Assembly: GCF_965208475.1 (NCBI RefSeq)
Contig: NZ_OZ242338.1
Location: forward strand, 630,760-694,759
Source: Candidatus Poriferisocius sp.
GTDB lineage: Bacteria; Actinomycetota; Acidimicrobiia; Acidimicrobiales; Bin134
DNA length: 64,000 nucleotides
Direction: 5' to 3'
In this document: in pieces, positions 1-9,104 of the stretch
How the letters are laid out: each line of letters starts with the position of its first letter
Position numbering within the stretch: position 1 is the stretch's first letter
Position numbers and translations under genes: made by a program
Notes under the pieces: generated by a model
Database searches by the model: none
The model's input: only the letters and a program-made list of their open reading frames with translations
Told to the model about the DNA's origin: nothing

Positions 1-540
1 CATGACTCCCTTCGGCTTGCCGGTGGTGCCGCCGGTGTACAGGATCCACAGATCATCGGCGCTGCGGACGATGGGCGGGGCCGGATCGTGCCCGGTGATG
101 AGCCTCTCGTAGTCCAGCGCCCAATCGGGCACCTGGTCGCCCGGCTCGCCTACCTGGATGGCCGCCCGCAGCAAGGGCAGGTCGGCCCGGGCCTCGTCCA
201 CCTGGTCGGCCAATTCGGGGGAGAAGAACACCGCTTTGGCGTCGGCGTCGTCGAGCAGGTGGCGCAGCTCTCCGGCCAGGTACCGGTAGTTCACGTTGCA
301 GGGGGCGGCCCGGGCCTTGAACGCCCCGAAGGTGACCTCGCTGTAGGGGTTGCCGTTGTACAAGTACAGGCCCACGTTGTCGCCCGCCCCGATGCCCAAC
401 TCACCCAGCGCAGCGGCCAGCCGAGCAGCCCGGTCCTCGAACTCTCGCCATGTCCGGCTGACCGGATGGCACACCACGGCATCGGCGTCGGGCACCGTCT
501 CCGCAGCCGCTTCCCACACAGTGGCCAGATTCAAGGGCAC
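1..540 (-). CDS. AMP-dependent acyl-CoA synthetase/ligase, N-terminal part (gene continues past left edge)
   Basis: Absent from the ORF track because it runs off the window. My reverse-strand translation reads (V)PLNLATVWEAAAETVPDADAVVCHPVSRTWREFEDRAARLAAALGELGIGAGDNVGLYLYNGNPYSEVTFGAFKARAAPCNVNYRY...SADDLWILYTGGTTGKPKGVM. The AMP-binding motif YTGGTTGKPKG lies at nt 1-45. GTG at 538-540 is the first plausible start. Confidence 0.8.
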   Translation of the reverse strand, partial: MPLNLATVWEAAAETVPDADAVVCHPVSRTWREFEDRAARLAAALGELGIGAGDNVGLYLYNGNPYSEVTFGAFKARAAPCNVNYRYLAGELRHLLDDADAKAVFFSPELADQVDEARADLPLLRAAIQVGEPGDQVPDWALDYERLITGHDPAPPIVRSADDLWILYTGGTTGKPKGVM

Positions 541-792
541 GAGGGAAGAGGCTAGCCGTCTCGTATATCCATGACGATCAGCTGGCCCTGAGGTTCGGCT
601 ACCAGAAAGACAACAAGCGTCTGATCAATCATGACCCAACGCCCTCGGCAGCCAAGAATGCCTCGTCGTAAACCGAGAAATCGAAACCGTGTTCGGCGGG
701 ATCGGTTATGGGTACGGGCATTAGGGGCATGATATCGCTGGGTCACGACAACAACAACGGCCTATACCGAGATGCTGTGACATGATCGCCAG

Positions 793-2295
793 ATGAATGC
801 GGTGGGACGAGCCGATGCTGTGCACTTTTCTGAGGGAGTTGATCCCAGATCGGTGGACCTGACTGCTGAGGTCAGCCTGCCCGCGGCTTGGAGCAATCGC
901 TGGGCTACGCAGCCAACCAAGCCGACGCTGTGGGACGAGGGCACCGGGTGGATCACGCGAGGCGATTTGGCCCGGCGCACGAAGGCCGCCGCTGGACGGC
1001 TCTTTGGTGCGGGGCTGCGCAAGGGCGACCGGATCATCCTCTCTGCCGCCGCATCGGTCGACTTGGTGGTGGCCCACGTGGCTGCGCTGCGGCTTGGGCT
1101 GATCGTGGTGCCTGTCAACGGGGCCTATCAGCAAGTCGAGCTGGCCCACATCGTCGGCGACGCCGGGCCTCGGGCGGCCGTGGTGGACAAGCCCGAATGG
1201 GTGCGATGGCTGGCTGAGCAGGCCCCTGAGATGACGGTGGTTTCGCCTCGACTCGACCTCGACGACGCCGCTGCTCCCAGTCTCGATCAGCTTGACAGCC
1301 GCGACCCTGCGCTGCTGGGCTACACCTCGGGCACCACTGGCGTTCCCAAAGGGGCGGTGCTGACCCACGGCAACCTGCTGGCCGGGGCCGAGTCGGTGCG
1401 CATCGCCTGGCGGTGGACCCCGGAGGATCGCCTGGTGCTCGCGCTTCCCTTGTTCCACATGCACGGGCTGGGCGTGGGGCTGCACGGCACACTGCTGTCG
1501 GGGGCGTCTGCTGTGCTGCTGGACGGGTTCTCCCCCGATGCGGTGTTGGATGCGGCCGAGGCCCACGACGCCACCTTGTTCTTCGGAGTGCCCACTATGT
1601 ACACCCGCCTGTCCCAGTCAGACCGGGTGGGTGAGCTTTCTAGGTTGCGGCTGTGCGTGGCCGGCTCTGCTCCCCTGTCCGCTGATCTGCACCGCCGCCT
1701 TGAGGAGGGCGCCGGGGTGCGGGTGCTGGAGCGCTACGGCATGACCGAGACCATCATGCTCGTCTCCAACCCCTACGACGGCGAGCGCCGGGCAGGCACA
1801 GTGGGGTTCCCCCTGCCCGGCGTGGAACTGAGGCTTGCCCCCGACACCGGTGAGGTATTGGTGCGAGGTCCCAACCTGTTCGCCGGCTACTGGCGACGAC
1901 CCGAAGCCACTGCCGAGGCATTCGACGAAAACGGCTGGTTCCGCACCGGCGACCTCGGTGAAATCGACGGGAACGGCTACCTGCGACTCCGGGGCCGGGC
2001 CAAGGAGTTGGTGATCTCCGGCGGGTACAACGTCTACCCCCGCGAGGTGGAAGACGCCCTGCGCACCCACCCCGACATCGAGGACGTCGCCGTCACCGGC
2101 ACTCCCGACCGGGAATGGGGCGAGGTGGTCACTGCCTGGGTGGTCGCTGCCTCCGGCAAGGCGCCCGAACTGGACGACCTGCGCTCCCACCTTGAAGGAG
2201 TGTGCGCCCCCTTCAAACACCCCCGTCTCCTCCACCTCGTAGACGACCTCCCCCGCAACGCCTTGGGCAAGGTACAAAAGCACCTGTTGAGCTAG
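793..2295 (+). CDS. AMP-dependent acyl-CoA synthetase (MatB/FadD-like)
   Basis: 500-aa ORF with GYTSGTTGVPKGAVLTHGNL, YGMTET, WFRTGDLG and GKVQK motifs typical of the adenylate-forming superfamily. Confidence 0.9.
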   Translation: MNAVGRADAVHFSEGVDPRSVDLTAEVSLPAAWSNRWATQPTKPTLWDEGTGWITRGDLARRTKAAAGRLFGAGLRKGDRIILSAAASVDLVVAHVAALRLGLIVVPVNGAYQQVELAHIVGDAGPRAAVVDKPEWVRWLAEQAPEMTVVSPRLDLDDAAAPSLDQLDSRDPALLGYTSGTTGVPKGAVLTHGNLLAGAESVRIAWRWTPEDRLVLALPLFHMHGLGVGLHGTLLSGASAVLLDGFSPDAVLDAAEAHDATLFFGVPTMYTRLSQSDRVGELSRLRLCVAGSAPLSADLHRRLEEGAGVRVLERYGMTETIMLVSNPYDGERRAGTVGFPLPGVELRLAPDTGEVLVRGPNLFAGYWRRPEATAEAFDENGWFRTGDLGEIDGNGYLRLRGRAKELVISGGYNVYPREVEDALRTHPDIEDVAVTGTPDREWGEVVTAWVVAASGKAPELDDLRSHLEGVCAPFKHPRLLHLVDDLPRNALGKVQKHLLS

Positions 2296-2693
2296 AGCGG
2301 CTTTAGGTGCTCACACAGCGGCCCGAGCAGGGCTTCGACAAAGGCGTCGTCGCAGTAGAGCTTCTCCCCGGCCAGGAGATCGCCGGCGGCGTGCATCATC
2401 GACATGACCATGTGGCGGGTCTTCCCGTCGAGTTCGATCCAGTACTCCTGGATGGCGCACTGGTCGTTGGTCCACTCCCCCAGCACTCCGTAGCCGCTGA
2501 CCCGCTGAGCGAACAGCGGGTACTGCTCCAAGTAGAACGTCCGGGCCAGATCGCCGCCGGTGAAGCCCTTGCCCATCGGCCAGAACTCGTAGGTGGGCTC
2601 GTCCACCAGCGTGGCCAGCGTCCGTTCCGCATCGTTCTCAGCTTCCGCGGCAGCATGTTCCCGGGCCAAGTCCAAGATCTCCTGTGGGGTCAT
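2292..2693 (-). CDS. small NTF2/SnoaL-like fold protein (tentative)
   Basis: 133-aa ORF. Its size and pattern (N-terminal helix, then W/Y-rich beta region) resemble SnoaL-like proteins. No catalytic motif recognised. Confidence 0.5.
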   Translation of the reverse strand: MTPQEILDLAREHAAAEAENDAERTLATLVDEPTYEFWPMGKGFTGGDLARTFYLEQYPLFAQRVSGYGVLGEWTNDQCAIQEYWIELDGKTRHMVMSMMHAAGDLLAGEKLYCDDAFVEALLGPLCEHLKPL

Positions 2694-2760
2694 GGGCTCA
2701 GCCTAGATCGCCGATGCTGGGGCTGGTTGTTGTGGGCCTTCTCTGCGGTACGTTGCCCGA

Positions 2761-3903
2761 ATGACCTCAGCCAAGCCGCTGGATGGCGTGCTGGTGGTTT
2801 CGGTCGAACAGGCCGTGGCCGGGCCGCTGGCATCCTGTCGGCTGGCCGACGCCGGTGCGCGGGTCATCAAGATCGAGCGGGCCGAGGGCGATTTCTCCCG
2901 AGGCTACGACGCCGCCGCCGATGGACTGTCCAGCTACTTCGCCTGGCTGAACCGGGGCAAGGAGTCGATCGTCCTCGACCTCAAGGACAGCGGCGAAGCG
3001 GCGCTGCTGAGCCGCATGGTCGCCCAAGCCGATGTGTTCATCCAGAATCTGGCCGTGGGAGCGGCAAACCGGTTGGGATTCGGCTCGGAATCCCTCTGCA
3101 AACGGCATCCCCGGCTGGTGGCTTGCGACATCTCGGGCTACGGCCCGACCGGGCCCTATGCCCACATGAAGGCCTACGACCTGCTGGTACAGGCTGAAAG
3201 CGGCTTGGTCTCTGTGTCGGGTGCGCCCGGACCGCTGGGCCGAATCGGGGTGTCGGTGGCCGACATCGCCACCGGCGAGGCCGCCGCCCGGGCCATCAGC
3301 CAGGCGCTGGTCGGCCAAGCCCGCACCGGAGAAGGGGCCGCCATCGAGGTATCGCTGTTCTCCACCATGGCCGAATGGATGACCGTCCCCCTGCTCCACC
3401 ACGACTACCTCGGCAAGGGCCCTGAGCGTGTGGGCCTGGCCCACCCGTCCATCGCCCCCTACGGCGCCTTCACCACCGCCGACGGCGCCACCCTTCTCAT
3501 CGCTGTGCAGTCCGATCGGGAATGGGTCACCCTGTGCCAAACAGTGCTTGACAAGGCTGAGCTGGCCCATCACCCCCGCTTCGCCACCAACAAGGCCCGA
3601 GTCGCGAATCGGGCTGCAACCGACACCGCCGTAGCCGAAGTCTTTGCCCGCATGACAACCGACGATCTCCGCCGCAAGCTCACTGACAGCCGGATGGCCT
3701 TCGGCACCGTCAACGACGTGGCCGGTCTCTCGTCACACCCCCAGATCAATCGCATCACCGTTGCCCACGCCGAAGGCACCGTAGAACTCCCCGCCCCCGC
3801 CACCACCGCCGACTGGGACCTAGCCACCACCGCCGACGCCCTCTCCCTCCCCGCCCTCAATCAACACGGCCCCCAAATCCGAGCCGAATTCGCCGACCAC
3901 TAG
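2761..3903 (+). CDS. family III CoA transferase (CaiB/BaiF type)
   Basis: 380 aa. The N-terminus LDGVLVVSVEQAVAGPLASCRLADAGARVIKIER is the characteristic CoA-transferase III start. Confidence 0.9.
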   Translation: MTSAKPLDGVLVVSVEQAVAGPLASCRLADAGARVIKIERAEGDFSRGYDAAADGLSSYFAWLNRGKESIVLDLKDSGEAALLSRMVAQADVFIQNLAVGAANRLGFGSESLCKRHPRLVACDISGYGPTGPYAHMKAYDLLVQAESGLVSVSGAPGPLGRIGVSVADIATGEAAARAISQALVGQARTGEGAAIEVSLFSTMAEWMTVPLLHHDYLGKGPERVGLAHPSIAPYGAFTTADGATLLIAVQSDREWVTLCQTVLDKAELAHHPRFATNKARVANRAATDTAVAEVFARMTTDDLRRKLTDSRMAFGTVNDVAGLSSHPQINRITVAHAEGTVELPAPATTADWDLATTADALSLPALNQHGPQIRAEFADH

Positions 3904-3954
3904 GAAAAGTACCGTTTGGGGGCAACGGCGGCGAGGGCTTCTGGCCAGACAAAC

Positions 3955-3976
3955 TGTCGCACCCTGTTTGTAGAGT
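3955..3976 (+). promoter_or_regulatory. RecA-NDp-like (PafBC-type) DNA-damage promoter driving a leaderless transcript
   Basis: TGTCGCAC (3955-3962), then N8, then TAGAGT (3971-3976), then 6 nt, then ATG at 3983. This fits the remembered mycobacterial consensus tTGTCRgtg-N8-TAnnnT. The -10 to ATG spacing fits a leaderless mRNA. Confidence 0.4.
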
Positions 3977-3982
3977 GCGCTC

Positions 3983-5113
3983 ATGGTCAAATTCCTACAC
4001 ACAGCCGACTGGCAGCTTGGCATGACCCGGCATTTCTTGGCTGGCGAAGCCCAAGCCCGCTTCGACGGCGCCCGGATCGATGTCATCCGCAGGATCGGCG
4101 CTCTGGCAGTAGACGAAGGGTGCGGTTTCGTCGTGGTCTGCGGCGATGTCTTTGAGTCCAACCAAGTGAACCGCCAGGTGATCTTGCGGGCCTTCGAGGC
4201 GATGGGCGCCACCCTGCAGGTCACGTTCTACCTCTTGCCCGGCAACCACGACCCACTGGACGCTTCGTCGGTGTACATGTCTCCTACCTTCACAGAACAC
4301 AAGCCGGACAATGTGGTGGTTCTTGGAGATCCGAGTCCAGTAGAAGCCGCTTCCGGCGTCGAGTTGGTCCCAGCGCCCTGGTTCACGAAGCGTCCCCTAA
4401 CAGACCTGGTTGCCGATGTCTGCGACCTGCTGGAAGACGGTGACGCAGCGCGGATCGTCGTCGGCCACGGTGCAATCGACACGCTGTCGCCTGATAAGTC
4501 CAACCCCGCCCTCATCTCACTGTCGACACTGGAGGAGAGAATCGAAAGGGGTCAGATCCACTATGTGGCCCTTGGTGACCGCCACTCGACTACCGATGAG
4601 GGGCCAACCGGGCGAGTCTGGTATTCGGGAGCGCCGGAACCCACCGACTACGACGAGGTCCGTCCGGGCAACGTTCTTGTCGTGGAACTCGAGACCGATC
4701 ACATTCAGGTGCAAGAGCGGCCCATAGGCGATTGGCGGTTCCTCAGTGATGAGCGGGAGCTGACCAGCGAAGAAGATCTCGACAACCTAGAAGAGTGGTT
4801 AGACAGCGTGGACAGCAAGGAGCGGACAATCGTCAAGCTCGCGCTTATTGGCCAGATCTCACTGGCACAAAAGGCCAGACTCGACCGACTTCTAGAGCAC
4901 CACTCCGAGCTGCTGGCCGCTCTGGAGACATGGGAGCGGCGCAGTGAGTTGGTGGTTGTTCCTGACGACACCGACCTGGACAAGCTCGAATTGTCGGGTT
5001 TCGCTCGTGAAGCAGCGGAGGATTTGAGCGGGCTAGCCGAATCCGGCGAGCAGGCGGTGGTCGCCCGTGATGCCCTGGCGCTACTACATCGGCTGGCGGG
5101 GGCAGACTCATGA
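3983..5113 (+). CDS. SbcD/Mre11-like metallophosphoesterase (DNA repair exonuclease family)
   Basis: Calcineurin-like motifs are present in order: FLHTADWQLG, VVVCGDVFES, LPGNHD, VVGHG, ALGDRHS. There is a 4-bp ATGA overlap with the next gene. Confidence 0.85.
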   Translation: MVKFLHTADWQLGMTRHFLAGEAQARFDGARIDVIRRIGALAVDEGCGFVVVCGDVFESNQVNRQVILRAFEAMGATLQVTFYLLPGNHDPLDASSVYMSPTFTEHKPDNVVVLGDPSPVEAASGVELVPAPWFTKRPLTDLVADVCDLLEDGDAARIVVGHGAIDTLSPDKSNPALISLSTLEERIERGQIHYVALGDRHSTTDEGPTGRVWYSGAPEPTDYDEVRPGNVLVVELETDHIQVQERPIGDWRFLSDERELTSEEDLDNLEEWLDSVDSKERTIVKLALIGQISLAQKARLDRLLEHHSELLAALETWERRSELVVVPDDTDLDKLELSGFAREAAEDLSGLAESGEQAVVARDALALLHRLAGADS

Positions 5114-7746
5114 GGCTCCACAGAGTGAGGTTGAAGAATTACCGAGGAGTGGTCGACTGTGACGTGGAATTCCCCGCTGAGGGAGTCATCGTCGTCGAGG
5201 GCGACAACGAAGTGGGCAAGAGTTGCATTCCCGAGGCCCTCGACATGATCTTGAACCGCCTGGATTCGTCCAGCAAACAACCCTTGAAGGCCATCCGACC
5301 GGTTCATCACGATGCGGGCCCTGAAGTAGAGGTCGAGATCTCTTCGGGTAGTTACCGCTTCAAGTATTTCAAGCGCTGGCATCGCCAACCAGAGACGACG
5401 CTCGAGGTCATCGCCCCACGGCGAGAACAGCTTACCGGGCGAGAAGCTCACGAGCGGGTAGAGGCGATACTCGCAGAGACACTGGACCAAGATCTGTGGA
5501 AGGCGTTGACTATCGAGCAGGGCACCGAGCCTGGGCTGCCAGAATTCGGCGTGCCCTCACTGGGTCTGGCGCTCGACCTGGCCGCTGGTGGCACGCAGGC
5601 AGCCAACAGCGATGACGCCTTGTGGGAGCGCATTTGTACCGAGCGGCTCAGATACTGGACAGGCACTGGCAGAGAGTCGCAGGAGAGGAAGTTGCTCGCC
5701 AACGGAGTCGACCAGGCTCACGGGAGAATCGACGACCTCAATGCCCAACTCAGCGCTATCGAAGACGACGCCGCTGAAGCAGCCCGGTTGGCCGGTCAGG
5801 AGGGCGACCTCGCTGTCCGCCTCGACGAGGCTGGCAAGGCTGTGACCATACTCAGTGAACAGTGGGAAGCGACCGAGAGCCTGCGCAACCAGATCGAGCG
5901 CTTAGCCTCCGATCACACCACCGCCCAAGCCCAGCTAAAGGTGATCGATGGCAATATGCAACGTCGGCGCGACTTGGTCGACGCAGTGAGGGATCAAGGT
6001 CGAGAACTGGCCTCACTCGAAGAAGAGGTAGAGCAGGCTGCTCCAGGGCTTGCTCTGGCCGTGCAGCAAAGCGAAGAAGCAACCATGGCCCTCCGCGCAG
6101 CCCAGGATGCTCTGCGACTTGCGCGGGACAAGCTGCGTCTGGCCAACGACGACCGCGACTACCGTCGGAATCAGATCGAGAAGGACCAGCTCTACGAGCG
6201 CCACGAGCGAGTGCTTGGTGCTCAGAAGGGCTTAAGCATCGCCGAGGCTGTTCTGGACTCTTCACAAGTAGATGATGAGTTAGTTGACCAAATCGAACAG
6301 GCCAGAGATGAAGAGACCCGAGCCAAGATCGCTCTACAAGCCTCGGCGGCCTCTGTAGAGGCCACCGCTCTATCAGACCTCTCCGTGTTGATCGACGGTC
6401 AAGATTTCACGATGGATACCAATGCCGTCCAGCGGGCCCATGTCACCGACGATTGGGAGCTGGTTGTTCCCGACATTGTTCAGGTGCGGGTTCTAGCCGG
6501 CCACGAGTCTCAGGACTTGGCCACTGACTTCGAAACAGCACAACAAGAACACGCCCGTTTGTGTGCCCTGGGAGGAGTTGGCAACCTTGCCGAAGCCAAA
6601 CATAAGGTCGACGAACGCCGGGAGGCTGAGCGAAGCCGTGATGAATCCGTCAAGACGATCCAGGAGAACCTCCGGGATCTCACCCTCGAAGGCTTGGTTC
6701 AAAAGCTAGACGGGCTCATCAAGCGGGTCTCCTCATATCCAGCTGACCGGCAACAAGCCCCTCCTCTTCCGGAAGACCTAGATGAAGCCAAGAAGGTCGT
6801 CTCCAGCGCAGAAAACGATGCCGCGGAGTGCCAGGACGAAGTTGATCGCTGCGAAAGCACCGCGGAGACAGCCGCTGAAGCGAGAAAGCAGGCTGAAGTC
6901 GGCGCTGCGCTTCAGGCCGGAAAACTCAAGAGTGCCCGCGACACGAAGAAACTAGCCGAGCAGAAGCTGGAAGAAGCACGGCACGTGCAACCCGACCGTG
7001 ATCTCGAAGAGGCCCTAAGCGCTAAGGAAACGGTTGTCCAAGAAGCGGCTACCGCTCGACAACAGGCAGAAAGCGAACTGCGAGCCCAAGACCCCGATAG
7101 CCTGAAAGCCAAGCTCGACAATGCCCGCGACGTCAAGGTAAAGGCGGAAGACGCCCTTAGGACCAACCAAGACAGGCGGCGGGATCTGAAGGGCAGACTC
7201 GAAGCCCACGGCGAATCTGGTCTGCACTCTCGGCTCAACGTTGCAATAAGCGAGCACCAGCACCTGACACGGGATTATCAACGAATTGAGTCGCGAGCAC
7301 AGGCTGTTCACCTGCTCCATCAGACTTTCGAGCGGCACCGCCAAGATGCCCGCCAACGCTATATCGCACCGTTCAAAGAGCAGATCGAGCAGCTGGGACG
7401 AATCGTGTTCGGACCCACATTTGAGGTGGAACTAGACGGCGACTTACGTGTGGCCCAACGGACGCTGGACGGAAAGACCCTCGACATTGAGCAGCTCAGC
7501 GTGGGCGCTCGCGAGCAGATCGGCGTAATCAGCAGGCTGGCCTGTGCGGCCATCGTCAGTCCTGACGGCGGGGGCGCCCCAGTGGTGATCGACGATGCCC
7601 TGGGCTGGAGCGATCCGTCCCGCCTTCAGGCCATGGGTGCGGCCATTGCCGCCGCTGGCCGGGACTGCCAAGTCATTGTGCTGACTTGCACACCGGGTCG
7701 ATACGCCCATGTTGGCAACGCAAAAGTAGTTCGCTTGCCAGCTTGA
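5110..7746 (+). CDS. SbcC/Rad50-like coiled-coil ABC-type ATPase (no CxxC zinc hook seen)
   Basis: 878 aa. N-terminal Walker A GDNEVGKS. About 600 aa of E/A/R/L/Q-rich coiled coil. C-terminal signature LSVGAREQ and Walker B VVIDDALG. From memory it resembles the mycobacterial Rv1277/Rv1278-type pair. Confidence 0.8.
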   Translation: MRLHRVRLKNYRGVVDCDVEFPAEGVIVVEGDNEVGKSCIPEALDMILNRLDSSSKQPLKAIRPVHHDAGPEVEVEISSGSYRFKYFKRWHRQPETTLEVIAPRREQLTGREAHERVEAILAETLDQDLWKALTIEQGTEPGLPEFGVPSLGLALDLAAGGTQAANSDDALWERICTERLRYWTGTGRESQERKLLANGVDQAHGRIDDLNAQLSAIEDDAAEAARLAGQEGDLAVRLDEAGKAVTILSEQWEATESLRNQIERLASDHTTAQAQLKVIDGNMQRRRDLVDAVRDQGRELASLEEEVEQAAPGLALAVQQSEEATMALRAAQDALRLARDKLRLANDDRDYRRNQIEKDQLYERHERVLGAQKGLSIAEAVLDSSQVDDELVDQIEQARDEETRAKIALQASAASVEATALSDLSVLIDGQDFTMDTNAVQRAHVTDDWELVVPDIVQVRVLAGHESQDLATDFETAQQEHARLCALGGVGNLAEAKHKVDERREAERSRDESVKTIQENLRDLTLEGLVQKLDGLIKRVSSYPADRQQAPPLPEDLDEAKKVVSSAENDAAECQDEVDRCESTAETAAEARKQAEVGAALQAGKLKSARDTKKLAEQKLEEARHVQPDRDLEEALSAKETVVQEAATARQQAESELRAQDPDSLKAKLDNARDVKVKAEDALRTNQDRRRDLKGRLEAHGESGLHSRLNVAISEHQHLTRDYQRIESRAQAVHLLHQTFERHRQDARQRYIAPFKEQIEQLGRIVFGPTFEVELDGDLRVAQRTLDGKTLDIEQLSVGAREQIGVISRLACAAIVSPDGGGAPVVIDDALGWSDPSRLQAMGAAIAAAGRDCQVIVLTCTPGRYAHVGNAKVVRLPA

Positions 7747-7753
7747 GGGCGGG

Positions 7754-9004
7754 CTAGCTCCACAGTGTGCAGATTGGGATGGCGTAGATACTGTCGCTGA
7801 GTCGGAACTTGGCTGGACCGGTATGCAGCACGGCTCCTGCCTTGAACTGGTCGCCGAGTTGGTCGCGCAGCCAGATCAAGTGTCGGGCGTCTCTCGCCGT
7901 GGGCGCGCTGTGGGCTTTGACCTCAATGCCGACAAGTCCACGTGCCCCTAGGTCGGCGACCAGGTCCACCTCGTGGCGGCCTTCACGGTCGCGTATGTGG
8001 TGATATAGGGGCCTGGTTGGGTCCACGACTGCTTCGGACCGAAGCTGGCTGGTGACGAAAGTGTCGATGAGGCGACCCAGTAGATTGCCGTCGTTCATGA
8101 CTACGTCGATGTCCGCACCGATAGCCGCACCCCATAGCCCTGCATCGGCGATGTACCGCTTCGGCCCGCGTGTGAGGCGCTTGAGGCGGTTTGTGCTCCA
8201 TGCTGGGAGTTCGGCGATTACCCCAATATCGGCTAGCAATTTCACATAGGAGCGGGACGTTCTCCGATTGATGCCCGCAGCCTCATCGAGAGTCGTGTCG
8301 TTGACGATTCCCGCAGAGTTCACGGCATAGGCTCGAAAGAACGCATTCATCCTCGCGAAATCGGGTCCGTTGCGCTGTCCAGGCTGACCGTGCGTGAACT
8401 GCTCGATGTAGCTGGCCAGCCAGCCGTCGCGAACTCTGCCTTGCAACTTTGTCGCCGGCTCTGGAAATCCACCGCGCAAGGCGATTTCTGCGTAGCCGCG
8501 CAAATCGGGAGGATCTAGCTCCGGTACGGGTAAATCCTCGGCCAGAAGACGCTCCAAAAAGGTGGGTCCATGGCGGGCAAGCTGCTCACGCACTGTCAAA
8601 GGATGCATGGCGACTCTGATCATCCGTCCCGTACCCGGCCACAGAGCCGGATCGATATCGGAGCGCACCGAGCCGGTCAGGATGAACCGACCAGGACGGC
8701 GCTCGCCGTCGATAGCCCGTTTGACCGCGCCGAGCACTCCGGGGCACTCCTGCCATTCGTCGAGCAGCACCGGCTCTGGCCGGTTGCGCAAAGCGGCGTC
8801 AGGATCAGCATTGAACGGCGCTGCCTCGCGATCCTTGTCAAGGCTCACAACGCTCGCAGCGTGCCGTAGCGCGGTCGTAGTCTTGCCAGTGGCCCGCGCC
8901 CCGGTGATCATTACTGCTGGTGCTGTGGCCAGCACTTCAGCGATCCATGGATCCACCAGGCGGGTCAGATAGCTGGCCTCAATCATTGAGTACCAGTCTT
9001 GCAC
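7754..9004 (-). CDS. AAA+ ATPase with C-terminal DUF4143 (PD-(D/E)xK-like) domain, COG1373 type
   Basis: Walker A ITGARATGKTT and Walker B VLLDEWQ. The C-terminal motif HEVDLVADLGARGLVGIEVKA follows the D...ExK pattern. The start may be M7 (8986). Its stop is 7 bp from the convergent SbcC-like stop. Confidence 0.85.
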   Translation of the reverse strand: MQDWYSMIEASYLTRLVDPWIAEVLATAPAVMITGARATGKTTTALRHAASVVSLDKDREAAPFNADPDAALRNRPEPVLLDEWQECPGVLGAVKRAIDGERRPGRFILTGSVRSDIDPALWPGTGRMIRVAMHPLTVREQLARHGPTFLERLLAEDLPVPELDPPDLRGYAEIALRGGFPEPATKLQGRVRDGWLASYIEQFTHGQPGQRNGPDFARMNAFFRAYAVNSAGIVNDTTLDEAAGINRRTSRSYVKLLADIGVIAELPAWSTNRLKRLTRGPKRYIADAGLWGAAIGADIDVVMNDGNLLGRLIDTFVTSQLRSEAVVDPTRPLYHHIRDREGRHEVDLVADLGARGLVGIEVKAHSAPTARDARHLIWLRDQLGDQFKAGAVLHTGPAKFRLSDSIYAIPICTLWS

Positions 9005-9104
9005 GCCTGTTACTGCTACTCATGCACACTTACCACTACCACTCCCGCACGGCCCTAATTGCTAAGTCTGCACATCGCAGGCAGTTGACTTGGAGCGGGC
9101 CGGA

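Noticed and set aside
88-555. 155-aa plus-strand ORF at the left edge
   Set aside because: The opposite strand encodes a clean acyl-CoA synthetase N-terminus ending in YTGGTTGKPKG. That gene is absent from the track only because it is edge-truncated.
541-792. 252-bp lower-GC divergent intergenic region, including the 64-aa minus ORF 552-746
   Set aside because: The ORF translation is Arg-rich with no recognisable family or ribosome-binding site, and I could not identify a riboswitch or operator. It is treated as a divergent promoter region.
5110-7746. Assigning the SbcC-like ATPase to a named defence system such as Lamassu, Wadjet or PARIS
   Set aside because: Its partner is a calcineurin-type SbcD-like nuclease rather than LmuA/JetABD/AriB-type proteins. 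A damage-promoter-like motif precedes the operon. No other system-specific genes are present. A repair function is at least as likely.
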